From: Campylobacterales bacterium
GTDB taxonomy: Bacteria; Campylobacterota; Campylobacteria; Campylobacterales; UBA6016
Length of the DNA stretch: 53,441 bases
Direction of reading: 5' to 3'
NCBI GenBank assembly: GCA_036574095.1
Contig: JAINCO010000048.1
Coordinates: forward strand, 1 to 53,441
A program made the position numbers and the translations under genes. The stretch's first letter is position 1; each line of letters begins with the position of its first letter. The notes under the pieces are model-generated. The model searched no databases and had not been told where the DNA came from. It saw only the letters and a list, made by a program, of their open reading frames with translations. Of this stretch, positions 19,597 to 29,448 are shown piece by piece.

Positions 19597-20185
19597 ATTG
19601 ATCCTTTATCTGTGCCACAAGGTTTTCGACTTCACGCTGCAGATGTTTAAGATCGCGTGAGTTATCAACAATCCATGTTGCTCTCTTTTTCTTCTCTTCA
19701 ATATCGATCTGGGCATCGAGGCGTTGTTGCGCTTGTTGGCGATCAAGTCCATCTCGTGCCATCAATCGCGCCTCTTGCAGATGACGGGGGGTATAGATGA
19801 CAATCACACGATCGATAGGATAGGCGTTTGTTTCGTAAAAGAGTGGAATATCAACAATATAGGGTTTGTTGAAGCGCTCTCGCTCTTGACATGCGCCAAG
19901 GATAGCGTTGCGAATACGAGGGTGAAGCAACGCCTCAAGTTCTCGTCGTTTGTTGGGATCAGCAAAAACAACTGCCCCAAGCTTCTTGCGTGAAACCAGC
20001 TTTCCATCCATCACCTCATCACCAAAAAGCACACGCACGCTGGCGGCTTCTTGTTGGAGTAGGTCATGGGCAATCGTATCAGCGTCAATGATATGAAACC
20101 CATGGAGCTTAAGGAGTGAGCAGACAGTACTTTTACCGCTCGCAATTCCGCCTGTTAAGGCGATGGCATTGGATAGCTGTGTCAA
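19586..20185 (-). CDS. coaE: Dephospho-CoA kinase
   Basis: 199 aa. P-loop LTGGIASGKST, DADTIAH. Confidence 0.92.
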   Translation of the reverse strand: MTQLSNAIALTGGIASGKSTVCSLLKLHGFHIIDADTIAHDLLQQEAASVRVLFGDEVMDGKLVSRKKLGAVVFADPNKRRELEALLHPRIRNAILGACQERERFNKPYIVDIPLFYETNAYPIDRVIVIYTPRHLQEARLMARDGLDRQQAQQRLDAQIDIEEKKKRATWIVDNSRDLKHLQREVENLVAQIKDQYGC

Positions 20186-20952
20186 TTTTTTGCAATGCCT
20201 CTAAAGTGTGTTACAAGATAGCGTGGCAGGGTAAAGCTTGCAACATGAAGCTCGGGCGTATAGACTTGAACCCCCTCAAGAAAGTCGGCGCGCTGTAGTA
20301 GTAAATCGGCTGTTGGGTGATAGTGGCGAGAGCAGAAGATATAAAACTCTCCCATGGCCCTTGCCCACGGGGTAGCGGGCAAGAAGGGCATAGCGATCCA
20401 AAAGGGCTCAGCGGTGCGCGCAAGCTCTTCACGCGCGGCAACTGGCTCGTGGAGTGAGCTTGTGGCTTTGATGGTTGCTAAGCCCCGTTCACTCAGATAG
20501 TTAGCCAAGCCGTCAAAGCAATGGCCATAAAGCTCAGCAACTATAATCACATCGTAGCTTTGCGCTGGCGCATCGATGCAGCGTGCTTGATCGATGAGAG
20601 TGCTTCTTTCTGGGAAGAATGTTTCGATGATCTGGATTGCATCGAAAGGGAGCCAGTCGGGTTGGATTCCATGGCGCACTACCTCAGCCACCTCGCTTCC
20701 ATCTCCACCTACAACCAAGACGCGCTTAGGCTCTGGATGGGTACATAGGGCGGTATGAACAAGGAGTTCTGCACGCCCCTCTCGTTCAGACGAGGCATAA
20801 AGCAATTTTTCGTTAGCAATGATGATCTGCCCATCACGCGTACCCATATAACTGTCAATCTCAGCGTTGTTGATGATGCTATGCCGTTCACTTTTAAGTG
20901 TTTCGTTGCTAGCGTACCAACCCTCTTTGATTTTAAATAATCGTTTCATCAT
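20182..20952 (-). CDS. speE: Spermidine synthase-like (polyamine aminopropyltransferase family) protein with a divergent glycine-rich motif
   Basis: 256 aa. ...LLVHTALCTHPEPKRVLVVGGDGSEVAEVVRH... The speE-coaE neighbourhood matches what I recall for Helicobacter. The symbol is tentative. Confidence 0.6.
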   Translation of the reverse strand: MMKRLFKIKEGWYASNETLKSERHSIINNAEIDSYMGTRDGQIIIANEKLLYASSEREGRAELLVHTALCTHPEPKRVLVVGGDGSEVAEVVRHGIQPDWLPFDAIQIIETFFPERSTLIDQARCIDAPAQSYDVIIVAELYGHCFDGLANYLSERGLATIKATSSLHEPVAAREELARTAEPFWIAMPFLPATPWARAMGEFYIFCSRHYHPTADLLLQRADFLEGVQVYTPELHVASFTLPRYLVTHFRGIAKN

Positions 20953-21042
20953 TCTCTCCCAAAAATTTCCAAATTTATGCCAATTTTATCACCTTTTGGT
21001 TAAAATCCGAGTAATTTCCACCGAATTTAGAAGGAGGTTTTC

Positions 21043-21246
21043 ATGTGTGTCGAGCGCGTTCAACGATTAATGATGGCGGTACTCCTTGGTCTGATCGCCT
21101 ATTTTGTCTCTGTTAACGCTACGGGCATTGCCCTGTTGCTCATCATCTTTATGATGGCGATGGTGCTGATCTGGGCATTTACTAACTTCTGCCCCTCGAT
21201 CTGGATGCTCTCCAAATTTCTTCCCAAATGTTGGGAGACAAAGTGA
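21043..21246 (+). CDS. Small two-TM membrane protein, YgaP-like (DUF2892, from memory)
   Basis: 67 aa. AAGGAGG ribosome-binding site. ...[13 protein letters not shown]... resembles the DUF2892 C-terminal CP motif. Confidence 0.6.
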   Translation: MCVERVQRLMMAVLLGLIAYFVSVNATGIALLLIIFMMAMVLIWAFTNFCPSIWMLSKFLPKCWETK

Positions 21247-22238
21247 CAAGTGTATCCTATAAAGATGCTGGTGTTGATATTGATGCTGGTAATGCCTTTG
21301 TTGAGCGCATCAAGCCTTATGTTAAACGGACAGTTCGACCCGGTGTGATTGGGGGGATTGGCTCCTTTTCGGGGGCCTTTGCTCTTCCTGCTGGCTACAA
21401 AGAGCCTGTTTTGCTATCGGCAACCGATGGTGTAGGAACGAAACTTCGGTTGGCGATAGATAGCGGTCACCTATCAACCGTTGGAATCGATTTGGTTGCG
21501 ATGTGTGTTAATGATCTTATCTGTAACTTTGGTGAGCCCCTCTTTTTTCTTGACTACTATGCGACGGGCAAATTGAATGTTGATGAGGCGACGCAAGTCG
21601 TTGCTGGTATAGCCGAGGGGTGTGTCTTGGCTGAGTGCGCGTTGGTTGGTGGTGAGACAGCCGAGATGCCCGGAATGTATCATGAGAAAGATTTTGACCT
21701 TGCCGGATTTGCTGTTGGAGTAGCTGAGAGAAGCGATATTGAGCGCTCGTCAATGGTTCGTCCAGGTGATCGTCTTATTGGGCTACCAAGTAGTGGTATC
21801 CACTCCAATGGCTACTCACTTGTCCGTAAGCTTTTGTTAGAGAAGCTTGGAATGAGATTTGATGATGAGTTTGAGGGACGACCTCTCATCGAGACCCTTT
21901 TAGAGCCGACACGAATCTATGTCAAAGAGTTCAAAGCCCATCGATCATCGATTAAGGCACTTGCTCATATCACAGGTGGAGGAATTGTTGAAAATCTTCC
22001 CCGTGTGCTGCCCGAGGGGCTTTCGGCGGTGGTCAACAAGCGTGCTATCCCTGTACAGCCTATCTTTGAGCTTATGGGGCGTTATGTTGAAGAGTCTGAG
22101 ATGTTTAGAACCTTCAATATGGGCATCGGAATGATCTGGGTCGTTGCCCCTGAAGATGCTGACAAAGTTGCGGCAGAGGTTGGCGGTGTAGATCTGGGCG
22201 AGATCGTGGCGGGAGGAGATGGCGTTACTCTAAGATGA
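21243..22238 (+). CDS. purM: Phosphoribosylformylglycinamidine cyclo-ligase (AIR synthetase)
   Basis: The track ORF starts at ATG 21228. GTG 21243 has GGGAGA 4 nt upstream and gives a GTGA overlap with the preceding stop. [17 protein letters not shown]...DGVGTK... Confidence 0.93.
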   Translation: MTSVSYKDAGVDIDAGNAFVERIKPYVKRTVRPGVIGGIGSFSGAFALPAGYKEPVLLSATDGVGTKLRLAIDSGHLSTVGIDLVAMCVNDLICNFGEPLFFLDYYATGKLNVDEATQVVAGIAEGCVLAECALVGGETAEMPGMYHEKDFDLAGFAVGVAERSDIERSSMVRPGDRLIGLPSSGIHSNGYSLVRKLLLEKLGMRFDDEFEGRPLIETLLEPTRIYVKEFKAHRSSIKALAHITGGGIVENLPRVLPEGLSAVVNKRAIPVQPIFELMGRYVEESEMFRTFNMGIGMIWVVAPEDADKVAAEVGGVDLGEIVAGGDGVTLR

Positions 22239-22990
22239 GCACCATCTTTATCCTCTCCAAACTCTTTACCTATCTTTTCCTTCCCCCATCACTCTTTATC
22301 TGGCCTCTTGTGTGGGCCGGTTGGGTTGTCAAGCGATATCGCTCGTTTTTTATCGCCTCAGCTCTTCTTTTGTGGATAATCTCTGCCCCCATCGTCGGCA
22401 GGCTTCTTTTAGAGCCTCTTGAGCGCCCCTATCGCACCATGCCAGACATATCGGGTGCCAAAGCGGTTGTGATCCTCGGAGGTGGATCGATTGCCGCAGA
22501 GCCGACAATTCCACTTGCTGAAGAGCCGATGAAGCGACTTTTGTGGGGGATGGTGCAAGCGCGCGAGCATAACCTGACGATGATCTATTCTGGAGGCTCT
22601 TTGAGGGGTCCTTCGGGGGCGCGCCAAGCATACAAAACAGCGCGCATGATCGATCCTAGACTTCTCTTGTCGACGACCTTAACAGAAGGCTATGCCTTTG
22701 TTTTGGAGGAAGAGAGTAAGGATACCGTTGAAAATGCTCGTCTAACCAAGAGGTTTTTTACTGATCAAAAACCAAAAATCGTTCTTGTAACATCAGCCTA
22801 TCATATGCGCCGTAGTATGATGATTTTTACGCATGAAGGTTTTGATCCTCTTCCTTGTGCTACAGATTTTAAGGTTGAAGAGGGGTATCTAGTTTGGGAT
22901 TTTTTCCCTTCGATGGAGGGACTCAAGCTAAGCTACGCCGCACTTCATGAATATGCTGGTATCCTTAGCTTGAAGCTCAGAGGTTTTTAG
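22235..22990 (+). CDS. YdcF/ElyC-family (DUF218) membrane-anchored protein
   Basis: 251 aa. ATGA overlap with purM. N-terminal TMs, ...AVVILGGG..., ...[11 protein letters not shown]... Confidence 0.75.
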   Translation: MSTIFILSKLFTYLFLPPSLFIWPLVWAGWVVKRYRSFFIASALLLWIISAPIVGRLLLEPLERPYRTMPDISGAKAVVILGGGSIAAEPTIPLAEEPMKRLLWGMVQAREHNLTMIYSGGSLRGPSGARQAYKTARMIDPRLLLSTTLTEGYAFVLEEESKDTVENARLTKRFFTDQKPKIVLVTSAYHMRRSMMIFTHEGFDPLPCATDFKVEEGYLVWDFFPSMEGLKLSYAALHEYAGILSLKLRGF

Positions 22991-23376
22991 AGAACTTTGA
23001 TATAGACACTTCGTTCGCGAGGGCCGTCAAATTCACCAAAATAGATCCCCTGCCACTGCCCAAGCAAAGGCTTGCCATTCTCAACAATCACCGTCACAGA
23101 GCCGCCCATGATAGCCGATTTAAGATGGGCATCGGCATTATTTCCAACATGCGCGTAGCTTCCGTCGTTTGGAATGATTTCATGGAGTTTTTTAAGCAGG
23201 TCACGCCATAGATTAGGATCGAGATTTTCAAAAAGAAAAACTGCTCCCGTCGTATGAGGAGTGGCGATTGTAGCAATCCCATCTGTAATGCCAGACTGGA
23301 TAATTGCCTCCGTCACCTCTTTGGTGATGTTGATAAGTTCTGTTTTGTGGCGTGTGGTGATACTAATCTTTTTCAT
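22987..23376 (-). CDS. YjbQ-family (UPF0047) secondary thiamine-phosphate synthase-like protein
   Basis: 129 aa. ...TPHTTGAVFLFENLDPNL...NADAHLKSAIMG...GQWQGIYFGEFDGPRER... Confidence 0.8.
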   Translation of the reverse strand: MKKISITTRHKTELINITKEVTEAIIQSGITDGIATIATPHTTGAVFLFENLDPNLWRDLLKKLHEIIPNDGSYAHVGNNADAHLKSAIMGGSVTVIVENGKPLLGQWQGIYFGEFDGPRERSVYIKVL

Positions 23377-24242
23377 GATTCCCTCTCCTTTAGGTAAGAT
23401 CGAAGACTTTGGTACTCTTTGGCATCAAGGTAGCGCCACTTCCCCGTGGGGAGGGCATTGAGTGTGATGCCACCATATTCAACGCGCTTAAGATCAAGCA
23501 CTTTTCGTTTAAAGTGGCCAAAGAAGCGGCGAAGCTCCCTATTTTGTCCTTCAGTGATGATCACTTTAAGTTTGCTGGTGGTAGGTCCATTTTTTTTGAT
23601 CATAAAGGCGACAAACGGGGTAAAGGTCATTGCTGTTTTAGGTGCTAAGGGATGGGCTCCTGCTGAGGCATCATCGACACTTAAGCCCTCTTTCATCGCT
23701 GTTATCATCGCCTCTGTGACAGGGCCATCAATTTTGATGAGGTAGATGCGTTCAAGTTGGCTATGCATCAGTGCCGTGACGACCTTGGGGGAGTCGCTAA
23801 GCAAGAGCAGCCCTTCACTTGCAAAGTCAAGCCGCCCCACAGGTTTAAAGTGCTTAAAACCACTTGGGAGTGAATCATAAATCGTTTTGCGTCCTCTCGG
23901 ATCATGTTTGGCAACAAGCTCACCTTTGGGTTTGTTATAGACGATGACAGTAAAGCTCTCTTCATTGTGTGCCAACAATCGTCCATCAAGAGTGATCTTG
24001 GCCTTTTCTGAAACGATCATACCTAAATGTGCAATAGCTCCATCGACTTTGATGCGTCCAGCTTCAATAAGTTTGTCAGCATCACGCCTTGAGCAGCGTG
24101 CGCGAAGTGCGACAAGTTTATTCAGCCTTATTGTGCGGCTTGTGCCCTCTTCTTTTTTCTCATGATGGGGTTTGGCTGCATTGCACTTGCGTTCTTGGAG
24201 ATACGATCTTGTGTTGGGCTGATTAGAAGTACTTTTTTTCAT
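23373..24242 (-). CDS. rluB: Pseudouridine synthase, RsuA/RluB family, with S4 domain and a basic N-terminal tail
   Basis: 289 aa. RLNKLVALRARCSRRDADKLIEAGRIKVDG (S4), VGRLDFASEGLLLLSD (catalytic Asp motif). The exact paralogue is uncertain. Confidence 0.8.
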   Translation of the reverse strand: MKKSTSNQPNTRSYLQERKCNAAKPHHEKKEEGTSRTIRLNKLVALRARCSRRDADKLIEAGRIKVDGAIAHLGMIVSEKAKITLDGRLLAHNEESFTVIVYNKPKGELVAKHDPRGRKTIYDSLPSGFKHFKPVGRLDFASEGLLLLSDSPKVVTALMHSQLERIYLIKIDGPVTEAMITAMKEGLSVDDASAGAHPLAPKTAMTFTPFVAFMIKKNGPTTSKLKVIITEGQNRELRRFFGHFKRKVLDLKRVEYGGITLNALPTGKWRYLDAKEYQSLRSYLKERES

Positions 24243-25216
24243 TTGATCCCCGCTTCGATCAGATCATGGATATGGAGAAGCCCTTTAAGTTTCATCTGAT
24301 GATCAGCAACAAGAAGAAATTGGATCTTCTTCTCTTCAATAATACGCATCGCTTGGCTGGCCAGCATCTCCTCATTGTCGCAGATTTTGGGGTTTTTGGT
24401 TGCATACTCGATCGCCTGTTTATCGAGCGAAAAGTCAGGAGACATGAGTGCGCGTCGTAGATCCCCATCGCTTAATACCCCTTCAACAACCCCATGATCA
24501 GCGATGATAAGGGCTCCCAGCCGACCAGCACTCATCGTAATAATTGCATCGCGCAAGGATGTTTCACGGGAAACAATCGGGAGATTTTCGGTGCGCATCA
24601 GATCCTTGACTTTGACAAAGAGGCGGCGCCCGAGGCTTCCGCCTGGATGGAAGGAAGCAAAATCCTCCTCTTTAAAGCCGCGCTCCTTCATTAAACAAAC
24701 TGCCAAAGCATCACCGATAGCAAGCGTGAGTGTCGTTGAGCTTGTTGGTGCGGCATTAAGCGGGCAGGCTTCGCGACTTACCGCCCCATCCAAAATAACA
24801 TCAGCATAGCGACCAAGTGTCGAATGAGCATGGCCTGTGATGACAATCATCGGAACGTCAAAGCGTTTGAGGTGAGGAAGGATTTGCAATAGCTCTTCGC
24901 TCTCTCCGCTATAGCTAATAGCCAAAACAGCATCGCCCTTGCTAATCATCCCCAAATCCCCATGCATCGCTTCGGTTGGATGGAGAAAGAAGCTGGGTGT
25001 TCCGGTGCTTGCAAGCGTGGCTGCGATTTTGGCGCCAATAAGACCCGATTTTCCTACACCTGTGACAATCAATTTGCCGCGTGTGGCCATGATCATCTCA
25101 ACTGCCCGGGCCATCTCAGCACCAACACGATCTCTCCAGGCGATCAGTTCTGCCGCCTCAATGGCGGCAACCTCTTTGGCAATCGAGACTATTTCATCAA
25201 CTGTTAAGCGACTCAT
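24239..25216 (-). CDS. kdsD: KpsF/GutQ-family arabinose-5-phosphate isomerase (SIS plus tandem CBS domains)
   Basis: 325 aa. ...LIVTGVGKSGLIGAKIAATLASTGTPSFFLHPTEAMHGDLG... plus C-terminal CBS pairs. Confidence 0.9.
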   Translation of the reverse strand: MSRLTVDEIVSIAKEVAAIEAAELIAWRDRVGAEMARAVEMIMATRGKLIVTGVGKSGLIGAKIAATLASTGTPSFFLHPTEAMHGDLGMISKGDAVLAISYSGESEELLQILPHLKRFDVPMIVITGHAHSTLGRYADVILDGAVSREACPLNAAPTSSTTLTLAIGDALAVCLMKERGFKEEDFASFHPGGSLGRRLFVKVKDLMRTENLPIVSRETSLRDAIITMSAGRLGALIIADHGVVEGVLSDGDLRRALMSPDFSLDKQAIEYATKNPKICDNEEMLASQAMRIIEEKKIQFLLVADHQMKLKGLLHIHDLIEAGIK

Positions 25217-25218
25217 TG

Positions 25219-27204
25219 CTACATCACAAGAAGATTGGGGACGATGATGGGGTATTTTTTCAGCGTCCTAAAGATATGTTTGCGCAAAACAAGTCGAATC
25301 TCATTTTCAAGAGCCCGACGATTCTGGAAAAGCTCTTTTTTGGTATTTTTCACAAAGTGATCCACGATCTCTTCAAGTTCCTTGCTAAAATCTTTATCTT
25401 GTCGATCGGGAACGAGGCCATAGCTTGTGATGCGTGGTCGATCTGCAAGAGTTAAATTTTGTGCCGAGATCATCGCCAAGACAATGACAATGCCATTTTC
25501 GGCCAACTCTTGACGATCAATGACAACATCATTTTCAATCTGCGTATTAATCTGGTTATCGATGAAGACCTTACCAATTTTAACACTTCTGACTTTTCGG
25601 ATAAATTTCGGCGAAATCTCAACCTGATCCCCATCGCCAATGATAAAGATATCTTTTTCATTCATGCCGCACGCCATCGCTGTCTCTTTGTGCTTGATGA
25701 CATGTTGATACTCACCATGGATAGGGATGAAGTATTTGGGTTTAACGAGGCGAAGCATCAGCTTTTGCTCCTCTTGTGCAGCATGGCCAGAGACATGGAT
25801 CTCGCTAAAATCTTGATAGGCGACCTTCGCGCCAGCTTTGAGGAGGTAGTTGATGATTGTGCTTACTGAACTTTCATTACCAGGAATTGCTTTTGCTGAG
25901 AGGATGATTGTGTCGGTAGGAGCGATGCTAATATGTCGATGCTCGTTGGTTGCCATGCGATAGAGTGCGCTCATCGTTTCACCTTGGCTACCGGTGGTAA
26001 CAATCAAGACCTCATTATCAGGATATTTGCTCACCTCATCGGCATTAATAAAGATATTTTGAGGAAGCTTGACATATCCCAAATTTATCGCGACTTCAAG
26101 GTTGCGCTCCATGCTGCGGCCAATCACGCAGATCTTGCGACCATATTTAAGCCCGTGGTTAATCGCTTGATAGACACGGTGGATATTGGAGCTAAATGTT
26201 GACATGATAACACGCCCTTTGGCTGTGGCAAAAATCCTATCAAAGGTAGGACCAACCGCACTCTCAGAGAGGGTGTTGCCTGGGCGGTAGCTGTTGGTGC
26301 TATCCGAAAGCAGCGCTAAAACTCCCCGCTCACCATAATAGGCCAAGCGCCCTAAATCAGAAGGATAGCCATCAATGGGTGTATGGTCGATCTTGAAATC
26401 TCCTGTGTGGATAATCGTTCCTGCTTCACAGGTGATCGCTAAGCTTGAGGCATCGATGATGCTATGGGTAATGTGGATCCATTCGACTTCAAAGTCGCCG
26501 ATTTTGATTGGTCTGCGCTTTTCAACAGCACGGAAATAGCTCTTATATGAGGAGATTTTGTGCTCATCAAATTTATTGCCCAAAAGCCCTAAGGGGAGCG
26601 GCGTTCCATAGAGCGGGAACTGCATCTCCTTAAAGATGTAGGGGATGGCACCGATATGATCCTCGTGAGCATGGGTGATGACGATACCCGCGATTTTGTG
26701 TTTAATCGCCCTAAGATAGCTAAAATCGGGGATGAGGATATCAACGCCATGCATCCCTTCATCAGGGAAGCTCATTCCGCCATCAACAACAATCGCTGAA
26801 TTTTCTGTTTCGATAACGGTGATATTGCCACCAATCTCTGAGAGGCCACCTAATGGTGTAATGCGAACTGTGGCTTTGGTGTGGTGGTTAAGTTTGAGGT
26901 GGGTATTGAGAATCTCTTTGTGGATGCGTTCATTGATCTCAACACATTTTTTAAGATCGCGGTGGAATCCTTGGTTGTTTGCGCGATCCAAAAGGGCCTG
27001 GTTGCGGCCATCACGAGCCTCTTTGGGTTCGCGATGCTCTTGGTAAGTACCTTCGGCTTGTTGAATCTCGTCATCAGTGCGATCTTGATTATTGGGTTTG
27101 CGGTTGCGAAAGCGTGGCTTTCGACGATAACGGGGATGTTGTCCCCCTTCCCTTTCGACGGGATTAGTAGGTGTGTTGTGGTACTCTTTAGTCTCTTCAG
27201 CCAT
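25219..27204 (-). CDS. rnj: Ribonuclease J (metallo-beta-lactamase/beta-CASP) with an N-terminal basic extension of about 110 aa
   Basis: 661 aa. ...RITPLGGLSEIGGN...ITHAHEDHIGA...HVSGHA...; the N-terminus is rich in R/K/E/N/Q. Confidence 0.92.
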   Translation of the reverse strand: MAEETKEYHNTPTNPVEREGGQHPRYRRKPRFRNRKPNNQDRTDDEIQQAEGTYQEHREPKEARDGRNQALLDRANNQGFHRDLKKCVEINERIHKEILNTHLKLNHHTKATVRITPLGGLSEIGGNITVIETENSAIVVDGGMSFPDEGMHGVDILIPDFSYLRAIKHKIAGIVITHAHEDHIGAIPYIFKEMQFPLYGTPLPLGLLGNKFDEHKISSYKSYFRAVEKRRPIKIGDFEVEWIHITHSIIDASSLAITCEAGTIIHTGDFKIDHTPIDGYPSDLGRLAYYGERGVLALLSDSTNSYRPGNTLSESAVGPTFDRIFATAKGRVIMSTFSSNIHRVYQAINHGLKYGRKICVIGRSMERNLEVAINLGYVKLPQNIFINADEVSKYPDNEVLIVTTGSQGETMSALYRMATNEHRHISIAPTDTIILSAKAIPGNESSVSTIINYLLKAGAKVAYQDFSEIHVSGHAAQEEQKLMLRLVKPKYFIPIHGEYQHVIKHKETAMACGMNEKDIFIIGDGDQVEISPKFIRKVRSVKIGKVFIDNQINTQIENDVVIDRQELAENGIVIVLAMISAQNLTLADRPRITSYGLVPDRQDKDFSKELEEIVDHFVKNTKKELFQNRRALENEIRLVLRKHIFRTLKKYPIIVPNLLVM

Positions 27205-27248
27205 GTTGATCCTTTGTGGTTATCGATCTGGGCGTGGGTTAAACGCCT

Positions 27249-28046
27249 TTAGGCTTGACCGGCGAGTTGCTTATAAAGAGCGATGACATTGTCGCAGTTA
27301 AGCTGGTGTGGTCGGAGTGTCGGGATGATCTTTAGCTTTGCAAGCGCCATCGCAATTCTCTCTTTGCCAAACGCGGCAAGGTTGTTGGCGATGGTTTTGC
27401 GCGGTGCATGAAACACCTGGTGCACAAATGTAATAAACGAACTATCTATCTCCTGGCTGGTAGATGGATCTTTGATAATCCTCACAACAGCCGAGGTTAC
27501 TTTGGGTGCAGGGTCAAATGCCTCTGGTGGGACATCGAAGAGGAGCTCGACTTGGCTATTACATTGAGCCAGCACCGAAAGGGCTCCAAACTCTCTATCA
27601 CCCGACGCAGCGGCGAGCTTAACCCCCACCTCTTTTTGCACCATGACAATAATCTCTCGACAATTCTTATCCTGCAAGGCATGAAGAATAATCTGTGTAG
27701 CAACATAATAAGGAAGATTAGCCACAAGATCGTACTCACCTTCGATCAATGGACCTCGTTCCCATGCTGCTAACACATCATCTTCAATCAGGCGCAGCCT
27801 GCCCTCTTGAAGCTCTTTACTTAATTGCCTATTTAGGATGGCGACTAAATCGCGATCAATCTCAACAGCGACGACTTGACGCTTTCGTAGCAACTCCTGG
27901 GTCAAATCACCTAAGCCAGGCCCGATCTCTAACACGGGGCGAGCGTTATTGGGCATCGCTTCGATGATTTTTAGCAGATAGGTGCGGTCTTTGAGAAAGT
28001 TTTGTCCTAACTCTTTTTTCGCTTTGACCACGCCTTTGCCTACCAC
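27249..28046 (-). CDS. rsmA: 16S rRNA (adenine1518/1519-N6)-dimethyltransferase
   Basis: 265 aa. ...LGQNFL...VLEIGPGLGDLT...VANLPYYV... Confidence 0.93.
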   Translation of the reverse strand: MVGKGVVKAKKELGQNFLKDRTYLLKIIEAMPNNARPVLEIGPGLGDLTQELLRKRQVVAVEIDRDLVAILNRQLSKELQEGRLRLIEDDVLAAWERGPLIEGEYDLVANLPYYVATQIILHALQDKNCREIIVMVQKEVGVKLAAASGDREFGALSVLAQCNSQVELLFDVPPEAFDPAPKVTSAVVRIIKDPSTSQEIDSSFITFVHQVFHAPRKTIANNLAAFGKERIAMALAKLKIIPTLRPHQLNCDNVIALYKQLAGQA

Positions 28047-28067
28047 ACTTATGAGTAGCTGAGTTTA

Positions 28068-28111
28068 ACGCAATCAACCTTATAATAAGATAAGGTTTGT
28101 TATGATTGCGT
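28068..28111. promoter_or_regulatory. Nested inverted repeat in the rsmA/hisF divergent intergenic region; candidate operator or leader structure
   Basis: ACGCAATCA-ACCTTAT-aataag-ATAAGGT-ttgtta-TGATTGCGT: a 9-bp outer arm and a 7-bp inner arm, both perfect. It embeds TATAAT at 28081-28086. Confidence 0.4.
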
Positions 28112-28138
28112 AGTGAATTATGTAAAAGAAGGAGTCCT

Positions 28139-28903
28139 GTGGCCAGCTACTATGCCAAACGGATCATTCCCTGCCTTGATATCGATCGAGGGCGTGTGGT
28201 AAAAGGGGTCAATTTTGTTGGCCTTAAAGATGCTGGCGATCCTGTTGAGGTAGCCAAGCGCTACAACGATGAGGGAGCCGATGAGCTGACATTTCTTGAT
28301 ATTACTGCAAGTCATGAAGAGCGTGATACAGTTGTGCATATTGTCGAGCAAGTGGCTAAAGAGGTCTTTATCCCATTGACTGTTGGCGGAGGGATTCGCA
28401 AGCTCGATGATATCTATCGACTCTTGGCAGTTGGTTGCGACAAGGTCAGTATCAACTCAGCCGCACTCAAAAACCCCTCGTTTGTTGATGAGGCGGCGCA
28501 ACGGTTTGGTAGCTCCACGATTGTTGTAGCGATCGATGCCAAACGAGCAGGTGATAGCTGGCATATTTTTATCAATGGCGGCAGGATCGACACCGGCATC
28601 GATGCCCTCGCTTGGGCTAAAGAGGTTGAGAGTCGCGGTGCGGGTGAGATTTTATTGACAAGCATGGATGCTGATGGGACAAAGAAGGGGTATGATTTGG
28701 AATTAACACGCCGTATTAGTGAGGCGGTCTCGATCCCCGTGATTGCAAGCGGTGGGGCCGGGACGATGGAGCATATTCTTGATGTCTTTCGCGAGGGTAA
28801 AGCTGATGCCGCACTTGCTGCGTCGATCTTTCATTTTCGTGAGATTGAGATTGGCGTCTTAAAAGAGTATCTTGCCAGTCATGGCGTGGTGGTTCGTCGA
28901 TGA
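28139..28903 (+). CDS. hisF: Imidazole glycerol phosphate synthase, cyclase subunit
   Basis: The track ORF starts at TTG 28106. GTG 28139 has AAGGAG 4 nt upstream and gives [15 protein letters not shown]... Also ...[13 protein letters not shown]..., ...GGGIR..., ...SGGAG... Confidence 0.92.
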   Translation: MASYYAKRIIPCLDIDRGRVVKGVNFVGLKDAGDPVEVAKRYNDEGADELTFLDITASHEERDTVVHIVEQVAKEVFIPLTVGGGIRKLDDIYRLLAVGCDKVSINSAALKNPSFVDEAAQRFGSSTIVVAIDAKRAGDSWHIFINGGRIDTGIDALAWAKEVESRGAGEILLTSMDADGTKKGYDLELTRRISEAVSIPVIASGGAGTMEHILDVFREGKADAALAASIFHFREIEIGVLKEYLASHGVVVRR

Positions 28904-29448
28904 TTATCTGTGCTGGCCAGATTGAGCAGATCCCGGGAGCTTGGCCTGTTGGGATTGGTATGGTGGAGGCGGCGATCAACTTGACCAGGCTATGTCTTCT
29001 CTCTCCTCCCCCTGCCCTTCTTTTTGCAGGAACAGCGGGTAGTTATGGTGGCTTTGATCTGCTCGATGTTGTTGAGTCAAGGCGCGCAGCCAATGTTGAG
29101 GTAGCCTACCTCCAAAATGCAGCCTATACCCCCATTGATAATGCGATTGCCCTTGAAAATGTTTCCCGTGAAACATCTTTCCCCGAGACGGTAGTCAATA
29201 GTAGTAACTATATCACAACCGAGAGCAAGGCGGCTGAGCGATTTCGTCGGTTGGGGCTGGGGATTGAGAATATGGAGTTTTTTGCTATCATGAAGGTAGC
29301 AGCCCACTTTGAAATCCCCGCTAAAGGTGTTTTTGTTATTACCAACCATGTGGGCAAGGATGCGCACAAGGAGTATCTAGCCAATCGCGACGCCGCAATT
29401 CGTACATTAGATCAAGTAATTCAACGCTACTATCGAGCATGGCAATGA
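28900..29448 (+). CDS. PNP/UDP-1 family nucleosidase, futalosine hydrolase (MqnB)-like
   Basis: 182 aa. ...[15 protein letters not shown]...FAGTAGSY...[30 protein letters not shown]... is the nucleosidase fold pattern. The menaquinone (futalosine) role is inferred. Confidence 0.55.
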   Translation: MIICAGQIEQIPGAWPVGIGMVEAAINLTRLCLLSPPPALLFAGTAGSYGGFDLLDVVESRRAANVEVAYLQNAAYTPIDNAIALENVSRETSFPETVVNSSNYITTESKAAERFRRLGLGIENMEFFAIMKVAAHFEIPAKGVFVITNHVGKDAHKEYLANRDAAIRTLDQVIQRYYRAWQ

